Below, piece after piece: positions 22,773-34,940 of a DNA stretch of 35,486 bases; positions within the stretch are counted from its first letter, which is position 1; the number at the start of each line of letters is the position of its first letter. The DNA is from Atractiella rhizophila (taxonomy: Eukaryota): positions 1 through 35,486 of the forward strand of contig MU271650.1 in NCBI GenBank assembly GCA_021432655.1. Direction: 5' to 3'. Below the pieces are notes generated by a model. It ran no database searches. It worked only from the letters and a program-made list of their open reading frames with translations, and was not told the DNA's origin. Both the position numbers and the translations under genes were made by a program.

Positions 22773-24541
22773 ATGGACGTATCAGCATTGAAAGTCACAG
22801 AGCTTCGGTATGTCTCCACTCCGAGAGACAGAGGAATGTTTTGAGCACAATTTTGATGGTGTCACAGTGCGGAACTCTCCAAACGCGGCCTCCCAACCAA
22901 AGGCCTCAAAAAAGAGCTTTCTGAGCGGTTACAGCTTGCCGTAGATTCCGAAGGTGGTATAGGAGGGACGGAAGAAGGCAATGGCGAAGACAGAGGAAAG
23001 AGAAAACGAAGTGAAGGTTTGTCACGGTGTCGTCCGTTCTCAAGCCAAACGATTCTCACTTTGCCCCTGCTAAACAAAGATGAACGAGATAGTCTACCTG
23101 ACGGCGGACCTGTTGCCCCCCCAGCGAAGAAGAAACGCTCTTCTCCTTCACCCAAGCTGGAGACAACCGACGCAGTCATAGCAATCAAGGGGAAGGCACA
23201 AGTTCCGAAAGAGGAGGTTTCCATCAAGGGGAAAGCAGTTCTCGCCTCAAAACCCCCTCCTCTTTCACCATCTGCTGAGTCAAAAACAGCTTCAGGAGCC
23301 TCGCCGGTCGATGACTATCTGATGGATGAGCCGATGGAGATGGAGACCGTGGAAGCAAGCGAGAAGAAGGAAGAGGTCTCGATCCGCGGAACGGCTAGGA
23401 AGGATGAACGGGGCTCACAGGGTGTCAGTATTCGTGGTGTGGCGTCCAAGATCCCCGAAGAGAGGGAAGAGGAACGATCGAAAGACCTAGAGTCACCTCC
23501 TGTCGAAAGGAAAAAGGAAGCTATGGTTCCGAAGCCAGACGAGGTCCTGATTCGTGGCACAGCGACTAAAGGGAAACCTGTCGAGCCTTCTCCTCCTCCC
23601 AAACAAGAAAAGCCAATTGAAGCGCAACCTTCCGGACCTGACTATGCAGACTCATCGTCGGTTTCCGGTCCCTCCAACGCACTGTACATCTCAGGGCTTG
23701 TACGACCGTTCACGATCCCACAACTCAAAAGCCTCCTCGCGGAATTCGGAGAATACAAGGATTTCTGGCTTCATCCAGTTCGTTCTCACTGCTATATCAT
23801 TGTATGTCCATTCTGCTTCTGCAAATATGAACTCCTGATATGGTTACATAGTACGAAACTGCCTCGTCTGCAGCGGATGCAGCGACGGCCCTGACACCAC
23901 CCACACTCCCGCGCTGGCCCGCTACTACTGGTCAACCATTATCTGCCGTCTCGCTACCCACATCCGAAGTCATGCGTCTTATAGCTGAGGAAGAATCTCA
24001 GCCATCAGTTCGCCTCAAGCTCCAAATCTCAGACGATGGAAGTTACACCCTTGTCCCCATCGACTCGCGACGTGCCTGGCCCTCTTCTCAACCTCCTCCG
24101 CTACCGGAAGCCTCCAAACCCGTCCCGTCGACCAGAACAGACCCTCCGCCAGGTTCGGCCGGATTTGGGATACGCGGTGCAGCTAGGAGGGGAGGAATTG
24201 CCATGGATGCGATCGCACAGGCTCAGAAGGATGCATTAGACCGGAAAACGAGCAGAGAGGAGTCAATCCGCGCAACAATGGCGGAGAGGAGTGCTAAAGC
24301 TGACGTGAAGCCGGTTGAGGATCCTAAACTGCCTGAAAATCCGGTGAGCGGGCCGGATAGATGGTTCAACAAGACAAAGGCGGAGCCTCCACTGTATTGG
24401 AAGGAAGTAGCGAAGGAGGACGCGGAGAAGAGGATGAGAGGCTTTGAGCGAGGTTTGGAGAGGAGAAGGGAGAGGGAGAGGGAGAGGGAGAGGAGGAGGG
24501 ATGGAAGGAGGGCTGATCATTGGAGAGCCAACCGGCATTAG
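22773..24541 (+). CDS. Acinus-like protein (SAP domain, RRM, RSB motif, RE-rich tail; ASAP/EJC-associated)
   Basis: SAP domain MDVSALKVTELRAELSKRGLPTKGLKKELSERL (spliced); Acinus-type RRM SNALYISGLVRPFT..FWLHPVRSHCYI; RSB-like PDRWFNKTKAEPPLYW; arginine/glutamate-rich tail. Confidence 0.85.
24457..24500 (+). repeat. (GAGAGG)n purine microsatellite encoding an RE dipeptide run
   Basis: GGAGAGGAGAAGGGAGAGGGAGAGGGAGAGGGAGAGGAGGAGG translates to ERRRERERERERRR. Confidence 0.8.
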
Positions 24542-26362
24542 GTTCGTGTCACATTAATTGAGGAAAAGAGAGTGATCTGATTCTTCCAGAATGAAGAAAG
24601 ATATCCTAACGAGGACGTCCGATTCCCTCGGCAAGCTTGGTGCAGATCGATGCAGCATCAAGATCCCCTGGTCTCCTCACTCTCTCTTACCTCTATTGCT
24701 GTCGGCCCTGCATTCAAAGTTCAACATTCAGCCTCCTGCGTTTCAAATTTGCATTTGATCCAAAGTGAAACTGGGAATTTTGAATGACGAATTCGGCAGA
24801 AATCGTTTTCAGGGTCTAGGTGAGTCCATCATTCTCTACTTACCGTACTTTCGCAAGACACGTTGCGGTTCTTGTTCTGCACTGTCAAGCTCAGTTTACG
24901 TGCCTCCCTGCCTGTGAAATCATCCCAAAATCGATGGAACGAGCACGAAAGTGCCTTGGTCTAGAAACAAAACACGAGGGCCTAGCTTTCCTTTCGACCC
25001 ACTCTCTATTCTTCATGTAATAACTGTGCGTCATTGTTTGGCATGGCAAACATCCCGGTTCCGCAAAATGGAGCCAACGTCAGCTTTGTCAAGCTTGTTT
25101 GCTCCTTCGGCCACTACGTCTGAGAGCTTCCATAAGCTCTTTACAAATCCGCAGATCTCTTCATTTATGAGTCTGTCAGAATCGCACCCTGAGGAAGGTT
25201 TGGAGCTTTGAAAACTTCTGCCTCCCGTCTTTACGCTGCCGGTACTCTGGCGAGCCAGTCTGTCTGTGTGTTCTCTATCCCTCATCACAATGCGGTAGTC
25301 AAGTTCAACCTACCTCATTGGTGATGTACTTGTGGTGTGTGTGACGGAAAGTTAGAAGCGAGTCCTTCCCGCTTCGGCTTTATTTCAACGTGATCTTCGC
25401 AGCTGAGTTGCAACATCTTGAAGGCTTCGTGCTGCAAGTCACTCCGTCCGTTGACAAATGTCGCGCTTCCGCCGCGGGATGAGTGCCATTCGTCTCATCC
25501 GTCTACTTTTTCATTGACTTTCTCATGCGCAAACTTGTGCGGAACGGGAAGAGGACATGCAGTGCTCGACGTGCGTGCAATTTTCGATCGTTGCTCCGCA
25601 CGGTCCTGACTGACAGCAGTTGTTCTATCATGAGTTGCACCAGGACCAGGTTGGCTTCCTTCGTGTTCTTGCCTATTTTCTCAGATCAGTTCCAACCCTG
25701 TTCCTGCATCTCGCCGCTACCATCCGAGGACGTATCTGAAGTCTCGGTTTCAACTCTGAGTCTATCTTGAAGGTCCACTCCGATCAAGATCTTTTGTTCT
25801 CCACGTTTTTTTCCGTGTTGTCCCAGGCTATCTCAGGGACATCTTTACCTGGCACTGGTCGGCGACACAAAAAGTGTCAAAGTTGGTCCAAGCTTGGACA
25901 GCCTCGCTTCCACACCAGGGACCCTCGTATATTCTGCGTACGCCAACCACCATTTGATTTCAAGATAGGCGGATCATTAACGGCATCTGCGTTGTAGTTG
26001 AGTTGCAACGACCGTTAGTACTTGTACATCCGTATTGTCGACGGGGGGAGCCTTAACGCACCTTCCTTGGTGGATATACGCCATTAACTAGCAGGTTCCG
26101 CCGAAGATATTTAATCGTTTAAGGGTCTGCTCGAGAAAGTAGCTCCCCTTCTTCCTGAGATTTGCAGGAAGTCGACTTGCTCTTGCTCAAGAGACCTTCG
26201 ATCATTGACAGGACTGTTCTCTCTTCCTTTCCTTCTCCCCCGTCCTCTCATTCTCCAACTCTCAACTTAACTTGCTACTTCAATCCACATCACCGAGGGA
26301 AACAGGTGAGTGACATTCAATGCATTCTTTGGGAGACAGCGACTAACTCCCTCGGAGCTCAA

Positions 26363-27453
26363 ATGTCGAAGAAGGAGACTGGTCCATCGTCCATTCGCTT
26401 TCGTCCGACCCCTTTACCGTCTTTCCCTTACCACCCACCCCAGGACGCTGAGACGGCGCCTCGTCTCGTCAGACCACAGCAAACGCCTCTCCCCCTTCGT
26501 CCCATGGCAAGTTTTCCTCCTTACCAAGAAGGGCTCGCTCCGCCTACTCCATACTCGGCCCCCGCAATACAACCTGTAGAGAACCCTCTCTACTACCAGC
26601 CGTATCCATCAACTTCCGATGGACCGTCAAGGCGTTCGTCGTCACTTAGCGAAGACCACCAGGAACTTACCATCAGGGGGTCTGCAGCGAGGAAAAGCCC
26701 CAGAGGAGAAGGTGCACATCTGGGGCGAACTCCACGGCAATTAGCCCATGTTGCTTCGGGTTAGTGACTGCTCATCGTACAGTCATTCAGAGGCACTGAT
26801 TCGCGTTCGCAGAACAGAAACGGAGGGAAAACATCAATCGAGGGTTTGATGATCTTCGTCAGCTCATCCCGGCTGCTCGAGGTGCCAATGATCCGAAAGC
26901 TACCATTCTCAGGAAAGCTTCTTGGTGGATTATTGTAAGCTTTACCTCTTGTGTTCACCCGCTTGTTACTCCTTGCCGCTGCTGACGTTCACTCCTCCTC
27001 CAATAGCAATTGCAAGAGGAGAACAGCAGGCTGCGATCCCACATACAATCTTTAAACGCGGGATCGCCTCCTAACGCTGCTCCCCAAAGTGACGTGTGCC
27101 CTTCCTGCATGCGGCGGATTGACTATAATCAAGACCCGCCTCGCGAACTGCTGGAACGTACATATGACTTTCAAGTCAACAATTCCGTCCCATCGTCACC
27201 AATGTCCGCCGGTTCAGCCACAACATCTGGAGAAAATCAAGCCCTCCACGTCCCTGTTGGGCGTAAAGCTTCTGCCAGCAGTCTCACGGGTAGTTTGGGC
27301 CATCGTTCGGCCCGGTCGATGGGAAGTGAAATGGAGGTTGATGAGTTAGACTCGGAAAACGAGAGGGAGATTCTCGCGGTTTCTCACTCGGAAGAGAGGG
27401 GGGTATCAACTTTCGAAAGGGCAAGACCGAGGAGGATTTGGGAGGAGAATTGA
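26363..27453 (+). CDS. bHLH(-ZIP) transcription factor, Mlx/Max/Ino4-like
   Basis: Spliced HVASEQKRRENINRGFDDLRQLIPAARGANDPKATILRKASWWIIQLQEENSRLRSHIQSL. The H-E-R basic triad predicts CACGTG binding. A probable 5'UTR intron lies just upstream (GTGAGT at 26306, branch GACTAAC at 26341). Confidence 0.9.
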
Positions 27454-27949
27454 TCATTCCGTTCATTAGGTGCGGTGCCCACTGTGTTAGAGTGAAATGT
27501 TGACATGAAACAATGATGGCGATAGTCCGTAACCAGCTTCAAAGCCTTCTTTTGGTGCAGTTCATTTCCAAATTGCAGTTCAGTCGTCGGATCAGGAGTC
27601 ATCCACATCGTTCAGCCAGCTTTCCCTGTCCACTTTCGCTTTCATCGACAGAATTTACCCGACCAAAGTCTGTGACCCATTCGACATCATTGCTCCAAGT
27701 CTGTGACATTGTCTGTGTCTGTAGACGATTCCAAGTAAACAAAATGGACTCTAAAGAGAGAGAAACCGTGTCGTATACTCACCATGTATATTACTACCCA
27801 CCAAATGCTACTGATTTGTTCAAAACGCTCGGTAGGCTACGTTTATCAGTGAGCTTGTGACGTTGATTGATTCATAGTATGTTCACTGTGACGCCTATAG
27901 GATAACTGAGATCACAACAGCTGCAGAGTAGTTACAAATGAGCTCCTGC

Positions 27950-29429
27950 TCATAATTTTCCTGCGATCACAACTCCACCATCGAGAGGGATGATAGCTCT
28001 ATACAACAAGTAACATGAGTCTCTCTATCAAAAACAAGCTTAAAGTCTTACCCGTTTACATACGACCCTGACCTCGCAGAGAGGAAGATACAAAGAGCCC
28101 CAATATCCTAAGTCCAACACTTGTCAGGCTAATTCGCCATGAGATACGGAAGCTTGTACCTCTGGTGTTCCGATGCGTAACATAGGATTTGCCCCTACGA
28201 TCGACTCGCGTCCCGCTTCTAGCGTCGCTTTCATCACTTATGCGAACACATCAACTACAACTCCTGCAACAGAGACGCCAGAACTCACTCTTCGTCTCAA
28301 ATGGTCCAGCGGCAATTGCGTTCTGGACAGTCATAGAGTGAGAACAAATTCGAGTTATACCAAGGGAGTGAACGAACTGAGGTAATTCCTTCAGGCCCCA
28401 AACGGACAGCGAGAACCTAGGTGACGCCGTCTTGTCTGACGTTTTTCACGAAAAAAGCAAGGCAAACCTTGGAAAGGTGATGCAATGCAGCTTTGCTAGC
28501 CGAATAGGCATAAGTTTCAAGACTAGGTACCTACTCACATAATTCAGATGAGAAAATACAGAAAAGCAGAGCGAGAGCTCACTCACCCTTATTCCGTCAA
28601 CTGATCCAATGTTTATAATACGAGCGGGATCGGAAAAGGAGCCGTCTTGCGCTCTCACTGCTCCTTTCATTAGAAGAGGGAGGAGCTTCTGCGTCAGAGT
28701 AAAGACTCGTTGGAGATTAAGGTTTACAACTTTTGTGAAAGCTGCGTCAGGATATGAGGCAAGTTCTTCACCCCAGTTAGCACCCTGGGGAGCATAAACC
28801 CATTAGGTTTATAATGGCTGTACTGAATCTGCGGACGAAGACGCACAGAGTTGTTGACCAGGACGTGGATAGCTAAATGACACCTCTTCAATAAACAACG
28901 CAGAGGAGAGAGCAGACCTGAGATTTACCTTTTTCCTTGCTCTCAATCTCCTTGACAACTTTTTCAATATGATCCAGCTTCTGCAAGTCAGCTTGTAATG
29001 CAATGCATTGCCCGATATTGCCCTTTGTCTGAGAGAGTTTGTTGAGAGAATCTGCGGTGGCTTGAAGAGACTTGAGGTCTCGAGAGATGATGTACACCTT
29101 GCATCCTGCGCTCACGAAGGCAGTCGATATCTGACATTCAGTACGATTAGGTCAGGCCTCAGACTTCTCAGAAAGAACTCCAAGTCAACGAACCATGAGG
29201 CCTATACCTGGGAATGCACACGGCTTGTTCAATATCACTCAAAGCAGTAATATCGATAACAGACCTTTCCCGCCACCTGTACACGGGCCAGGTCATTTTA
29301 CTGCTTCCCTAGAATGAATGCAAAGCTCTAACCAGTGACTACCACAACCTGGCATTTCGTCAGCGTGACCGGTCGACTGGACGAAGTTCGCACCTTTCCT
29401 GTAACTGAGAACAATCCTGGAATATCCAT
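27950..29429 (-). CDS. Classical short-chain dehydrogenase/reductase (RhlG/FabG-like), heavily fragmented by introns
   Basis: Spliced MDIPGLFSVTGKVVVVTGGGKGIG (Rossmann), LVNNSGANWG, IINIGSVDG, YAYSASKAA (YxxxK), NAIAAGPF, SYVNGAIIPLDGG..AGKL*. Confidence 0.92.
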
Positions 29430-29974
29430 GTCGAATACGGATACTTAGACTTTGAGCTGCTTTGAGATTAAATATGCGTGGTTCTGTGGGAGGTGCTGGT
29501 TGGTAAAATGAAAGCAGCTGTCTCGGTTACATCCCAGCCGAATCAGATGCCGATGGACCTAGAGGAAGAAACTTAGCTGAGGTGGAAAGTCATGTTCTTC
29601 ATTCTCTACTTGAGAGACAAGCTTGAGAAACATATTGAAGAACCATGGAGCCCTTGAGGTGCGCACGTACAGGAGGACTGATATGCCACTCAAATATTAC
29701 AACATTACAACAGGAAGACCCTAAGGTACAGACGAGAGGAGACTAAAAACTGAGTCCAACTGCATCCGAGGATGATGTTCGCTACTGTCGAAAATCAGTT
29801 ATAAGGCAACGACTTGTAACGAGGTTGAGAGGAAAGACGATGTCAGACGGAGGTAGACAGAAAGGATAATAAGAAAGAGTTCATCATGTTGACACCTGAC
29901 GAGAAACGACAAAAGTAATGACATTTACAACGAAAGAGTATGCACGAAAGACTCAAGAATCCAGGAACTTGCCG

Positions 29975-32900
29975 TCAAATGTTTACATAGTATGTGTGGT
30001 GTTCGCGAGGTCCACTCCAATAGTCGGAATTGACATCGTCCCAATCTCCACCAACTTGCTTCAAACGTTGAAGCCTGCGTCCGGTTATAGGAAGAGCGAG
30101 GGTATAATAAGCGTGTCCTCCCTTCTTGAGTACGGCGATCGCTATGAGCAATTCCTACATTACATCATTAGCACAACGTGTCCCCAAGAAGGAACAGGGT
30201 AGAGCAATGCTTGCCCGATGGAAGTCCGTCTTCTTGATCCTCAGTCTTGATGTTAGGCCCTTGCTTTTCTCAATTCGTTTCTCCGACACCCGAGCCGTCT
30301 CCAACTTGGCCAAATACATGAACGCGTCCAACCACTTTATCATGTCAGGATCCATCGCCTCTCTCTCTTTCGCCTTCCCCTTAGCCTTCTGTAACCTTTT
30401 CTTTCTCTCCGCAGAATCCTCAAAGTCTTCGTCCTTTAAATCAGCATTATTGTTAATCTCTGGTTCCTCTTCCTCAACGAAATCGTCCTCGATTTCAATT
30501 TCTTGATCCGCATAATTCTTCCTAGCAACCGATCGACGCGGTCTTTTCTGCGGTCCAGAATCAGTCGAAAACGAAGCTCCTGACGCGGAAATTTCGGCGT
30601 TGATAGTAGGCAGCTGAGAAATAAGGGCTGAAGTGGCCCGCTCCGCCTTCTTGAGCTTGCTCTTCCGTTTTACGTTCTTCAGGGGCGATGGTGCAGGAAC
30701 TTCGCTTTCGTCCCTATAAAAAGGTCGGCCATAGCAAACAAGATCGAAGACCTTTGCATCAATGTAGCCGACCTTGGACATATATTCGAAGAATCGGAGT
30801 CTGATCAACGGTTGTCTGAGTAGAGCTTGACAGAGATGTCAGATAAAGAACAAACGTTAGAGGAACACCTTCAGCGAGGTAAGAGAGAACAATATCGCGG
30901 TTTAGGTTGATGCCAGCATGGATCAAGACGATTTGTAGGCATCTGCTGTTACGAGGGAACCAATCCAGGTATGGTATTGCTGTCGGTACACCTTCTGCCA
31001 CAATTTGTCGCTTTGAGTCTGAGAGCCGTGGGCGCGCAGTGTTGGAATATCGAAGAGATGACCAGTAGGACAGTCTTCGAGATCGTTCCTAATCAGACAT
31101 GTAGCTTGAGCCCACTTTCATTACGAGATGCCAGATGAAGGCACGCACAGGATGCTCATATTCTTCCAGGGATTCGCTCATCCTCTTGTACGATATACTC
31201 CCCACGTTTTTCACCCCTTCCTTATCTTTCCACACCTTCTTCGACAGATCTTCAGGTACCATATAGTTCTCAAAAGATATTCCACCGACATAAGCGACTT
31301 CTTCCATGCTCGCAAAGTTCTCGCAGGTCGGTCGAGCATTGATTGCTATCGGAGAATAAATATCGACGGAGTGCCTGCAGAAGAAACGGCATTTGTGACA
31401 AGCTGATGACTCCTTCAAGGACTCCATGTCGATTTCGTGCAGTAGAAGCTCTTCTTCGACAACCTTTTTGAGGCATGGATACTTGTTAACGAGAAGCATG
31501 AGAGTTGCGCCTTTGAATGGCATTCTGACCATTTTTCGGGCAGCTTTGTTAACAATCTATCTCTGATGAATCAGTACAAGTATCAGGGATCAAGAACCGG
31601 ACGCACATCGTAGACATCAAAGCTGTGGAAGCGACCACACCAAGTCATGATTTTCTCCACTCCGAAAGTCCAACTGCGACAGTTTCATTATTAGCCTGTA
31701 TACACAGGGGAAAAAGCGCACGGATTGCAAATGCAGTCTACGACAATATCCTCGGTGACCTTGATCCCCATCTTTTTGACTTGATCATTTATAGCCTTTG
31801 GCCGCCGGAACTGGTTATTAGGCCCGTTGATATCCTCATCAATAGGAGGACCAAAGAAGGTAGCAAGGATGATGGAGTCCACCTTCGGGTCCTTGAACTT
31901 GGCGCCAAAATCTTTGTAAAGGACTCTTGGAAGAGTGGGGTAATCGGCAAGCATGTTCTGACGGTCAAGCGAGAGAATCACACAGCGGGCGACGTCTCTA
32001 ACCAAATTTGAAATTTAGTATTATCCAGGAGATGAAAGGAATGGCGTACGCGAGATCAAAAAGAAGTTCTTCCTTTTTGAGAGACTTGAGCGCTTGGTAA
32101 GCGGATGGACTATCTTCAGCTTCCCTTAAGATTTCGGAAGCGACATCCACAGAGATGTAGAAGCCAATGTCGAGCTTCAAATACGCTCTGATAGAATCGA
32201 GGATAGTCAAATGAGCATTCTGACCATTAGTTGGGATTTTGGAGAATGCGCTTCGAATAACTGCAATGTCCTCAGTATAAATTCGAGGAAGTAGTAAGAA
32301 GGCGAACCGAAATCCTGCAACCGAGCTGCAAAGAGGACTCAGCTTTCATACAGAAATGCAACGCCGACGACGACTTACTGTCTAGAGTAAACCCATTCTT
32401 CTGAGCCAGATTCAAAAGTTCAGGTTCAAAGGCTACAGCCTTTGGGAGTCTAAAGATGATAAGTCTACTTTTGTTCAATGGAGAGAGGGAACAACATACT
32501 CAGTAAGCAGGCTATCCTTCCCGCTGAAAGGTACGAAATTGTAAGTTTCAAATAGGACCTTTATCTTCGCCCATTCTTTCTTTGACTGTTCCTCCTGCAA
32601 TTTCAAAGCTTGTCGATTTGACCCCGTATTATTAGCCTGGCTAGCTTGCAGTCTCTTCCTCTCCTCAAACCAGCGTGTAAATAATGTCCCGTCGTCTCGG
32701 TTCTTGTCCAAGTCCAGAGACCCAGGTTCAGGCCATCGATCGGTGGCAATGCCCAGGATGTGGCTAAAGAGTTTGGCTGGGACATTGGCGGACTGCGCAA
32801 AAAGAACGAGCGTTAGTTCGGTATAAGATGCAATAGAGCAAGCAGACGAACCTTTCCCCAACCTGGTCGAACGTACGGAACCGCTCCGCGCATGTACGTC

Positions 32901-33513
32901 TGAGCTAGAGTCTGGACGAGGTACCGTGAGAATATTGCGCCGCATTTGAGAAGTATCTATGCGCACAGACTTAAGGTCAATATAGCACACTGGAGAGTGG
33001 GTGGGAGACTCACATCAATGACTTTAGTATTGACCACTTTCCCTTGCCAGATAGCATGATAGAGCGCTTCTCGCTTCCCGAAGTTCAGTAAGAAATATTG
33101 TGACAGGTTATACGGCTCTGCAGCGATCCGGCCTAGTCTAAAACGACAAAGTAAGGCACGAATTCAATAGTAGCTCTCACTCGGAGACAAAATTCTATAA
33201 CCGCACGCCTTCATAATCCTAAAATCTAAATAACGTACCTTTTGCAAGAAAGAGTCCATCCTTTGCAGCCTTTGTAGTCCAAATTCGTAAAGATCATAAC
33301 CAGTAGTTCTTCGCTCAGATCCATCAAGCCCTTCTGATTCACAACACTTAACTCCTTCTCCTCACTCGTATTCTCATCCTCCACAAACTCTGTTCCCTCC
33401 AACTCTCCATCCACAGCCCCTCCTCCCCTATCGCCTCCCATCGCAGTAATCCTTGAATTCTCATCGGTTGCATCCCCTGCTTCAATCCTCATGCGCTTGT
33501 TAGACGTCGCCAT
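29975..33513 (-). CDS. Large F-box-containing protein of unknown substrate specificity, multi-exon
   Basis: N-terminal acidic stretch followed by F-box-like LMDLSEELLVMIFTNLDYKG..LSCK. A chain of minus-strand ORFs is separated by short introns, with a basic/acidic C-terminal region (RRSVARKNY). The last exon ends HTYYVNI* after a GC-AG intron. Confidence 0.65.
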
Positions 33514-34940
33514 ACTTTGATTGTTTGGGTCAAGTTTGAGACGAGTAGTGGGAGATGAAGGTCGTGGAAGAAAGGGAAAGGCTCTGCTGAAGGTCACAAA
33601 CCAGGCCAGTCACCACCGGAACCTTGACCCATGCAGGAAACGGTGAAAGTCAGGAGATGACCAAAGTTATGGAAGCTTCGGACCGCCTCTGGAATATCCA
33701 GATCGAGGTGTACAAAAGAAGTTTAACCTGATTAACACACCCAACTCCGCCGTAACTTTGTTGACCATTGCTAATATCGTAGGTCAGATTGGGGTAGGAC
33801 TTTAAAGGAGGAATAGAAGTTATCTCGGAGCACCGGTGCGTTGGTTCAAATGACTCTCTGAAGGTGGCACAAGAATGGTGCTCTCCACAATGTCAATACA
33901 TCACCAAACTGTTTTGACAAGTTGGAACCCGTTTGCCGGAAGCAAGAAGCATCGCAAACACTCTGAACGATGGCTTGACAGCTTGAGGTATCTTTAAGTG
34001 ATTCTTTAACGCTGTTTAAGTGCCTCATACATCAAGGACTTTCCGTCCATTGTTTGCCTCCCGCTTAGCAGCTATTAGGCATGCTCTGCTGAAAGTTACA
34101 TGAGCCACGATTCCAAAATGTGCATCTCGACATGGAGTCAGTCGCTTTCTGAAGGAAAGGACAGCGACCGTTGCCCTCACTTTGGAGAGCTCAGCCGATA
34201 ATGAATTGAACGGTTTGGACATGAAAAAACCAGTCAAGTAAAACGCTTGATTTGAGGTGAAGCTTGGGGCCGTTCTCTGCTAACTTCTACGGTCCTTCTG
34301 TAATTTGACTACCGGTAATTAGGATATCCGGATGCGATACGTTAATACTGCTGTATGAACAGTACCCATGGAGTTTGTATTTCATTTACTGACTTCAGTG
34401 CGGAAGGCTTGTGCGTGGAGGGCTTGAGCCATCCTCAAAATCACGTAATCAAGCCTACTAGTCGACTGATTCCCGTTTAGATTACAAGTTTCCTATTCCA
34501 GATCACGAATATCTGAAATTTCTGATTTCGCTTCCACAGGTGAAGCGTGAATAGGAGCTAATGTGATTAGCCAACTAAAGGAACACAGTCTATTCGTCAT
34601 ACCTGTAGGATCAGCTCGGATGGATAGAGATGCCATGCCAATGGTCATCCCTTAGACAGAAAGGCGCCAACATTGTAATGACGACGGTAGCCGGTATTCG
34701 CGTCTCTGATGCCCCCCTTCGTAAATTTTCGTCGCCAGTCTCATGTCACGTGGAACATTCTGATTTTGGACGCGACTGCTGACGAAGTCAAATAAAAGAA
34801 AATCCAAGCAACACGCGTGAGGCCACAGGCATATAAGAGTCTGTCTGGTGCATCACGTAAACGATATTGGTATGTTAATTCTCCCCAGTCGCCAAAGAAT
34901 ACTGGTCCAATCTTGCTGGTGGAAAGTAGGAGGATTGAAG

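Noticed and set aside
33838..33860. GGTTCAAAT resembling a tRNA T-loop/B box
   Set aside because: The flanks do not pair into a T-stem and no cloverleaf can be drawn.
33600..34690. Short ORFs in the F-box/MAG1 intergenic region
   Set aside because: 60-70 aa, no motifs and no consistent splice chain; no transposon termini recognised.
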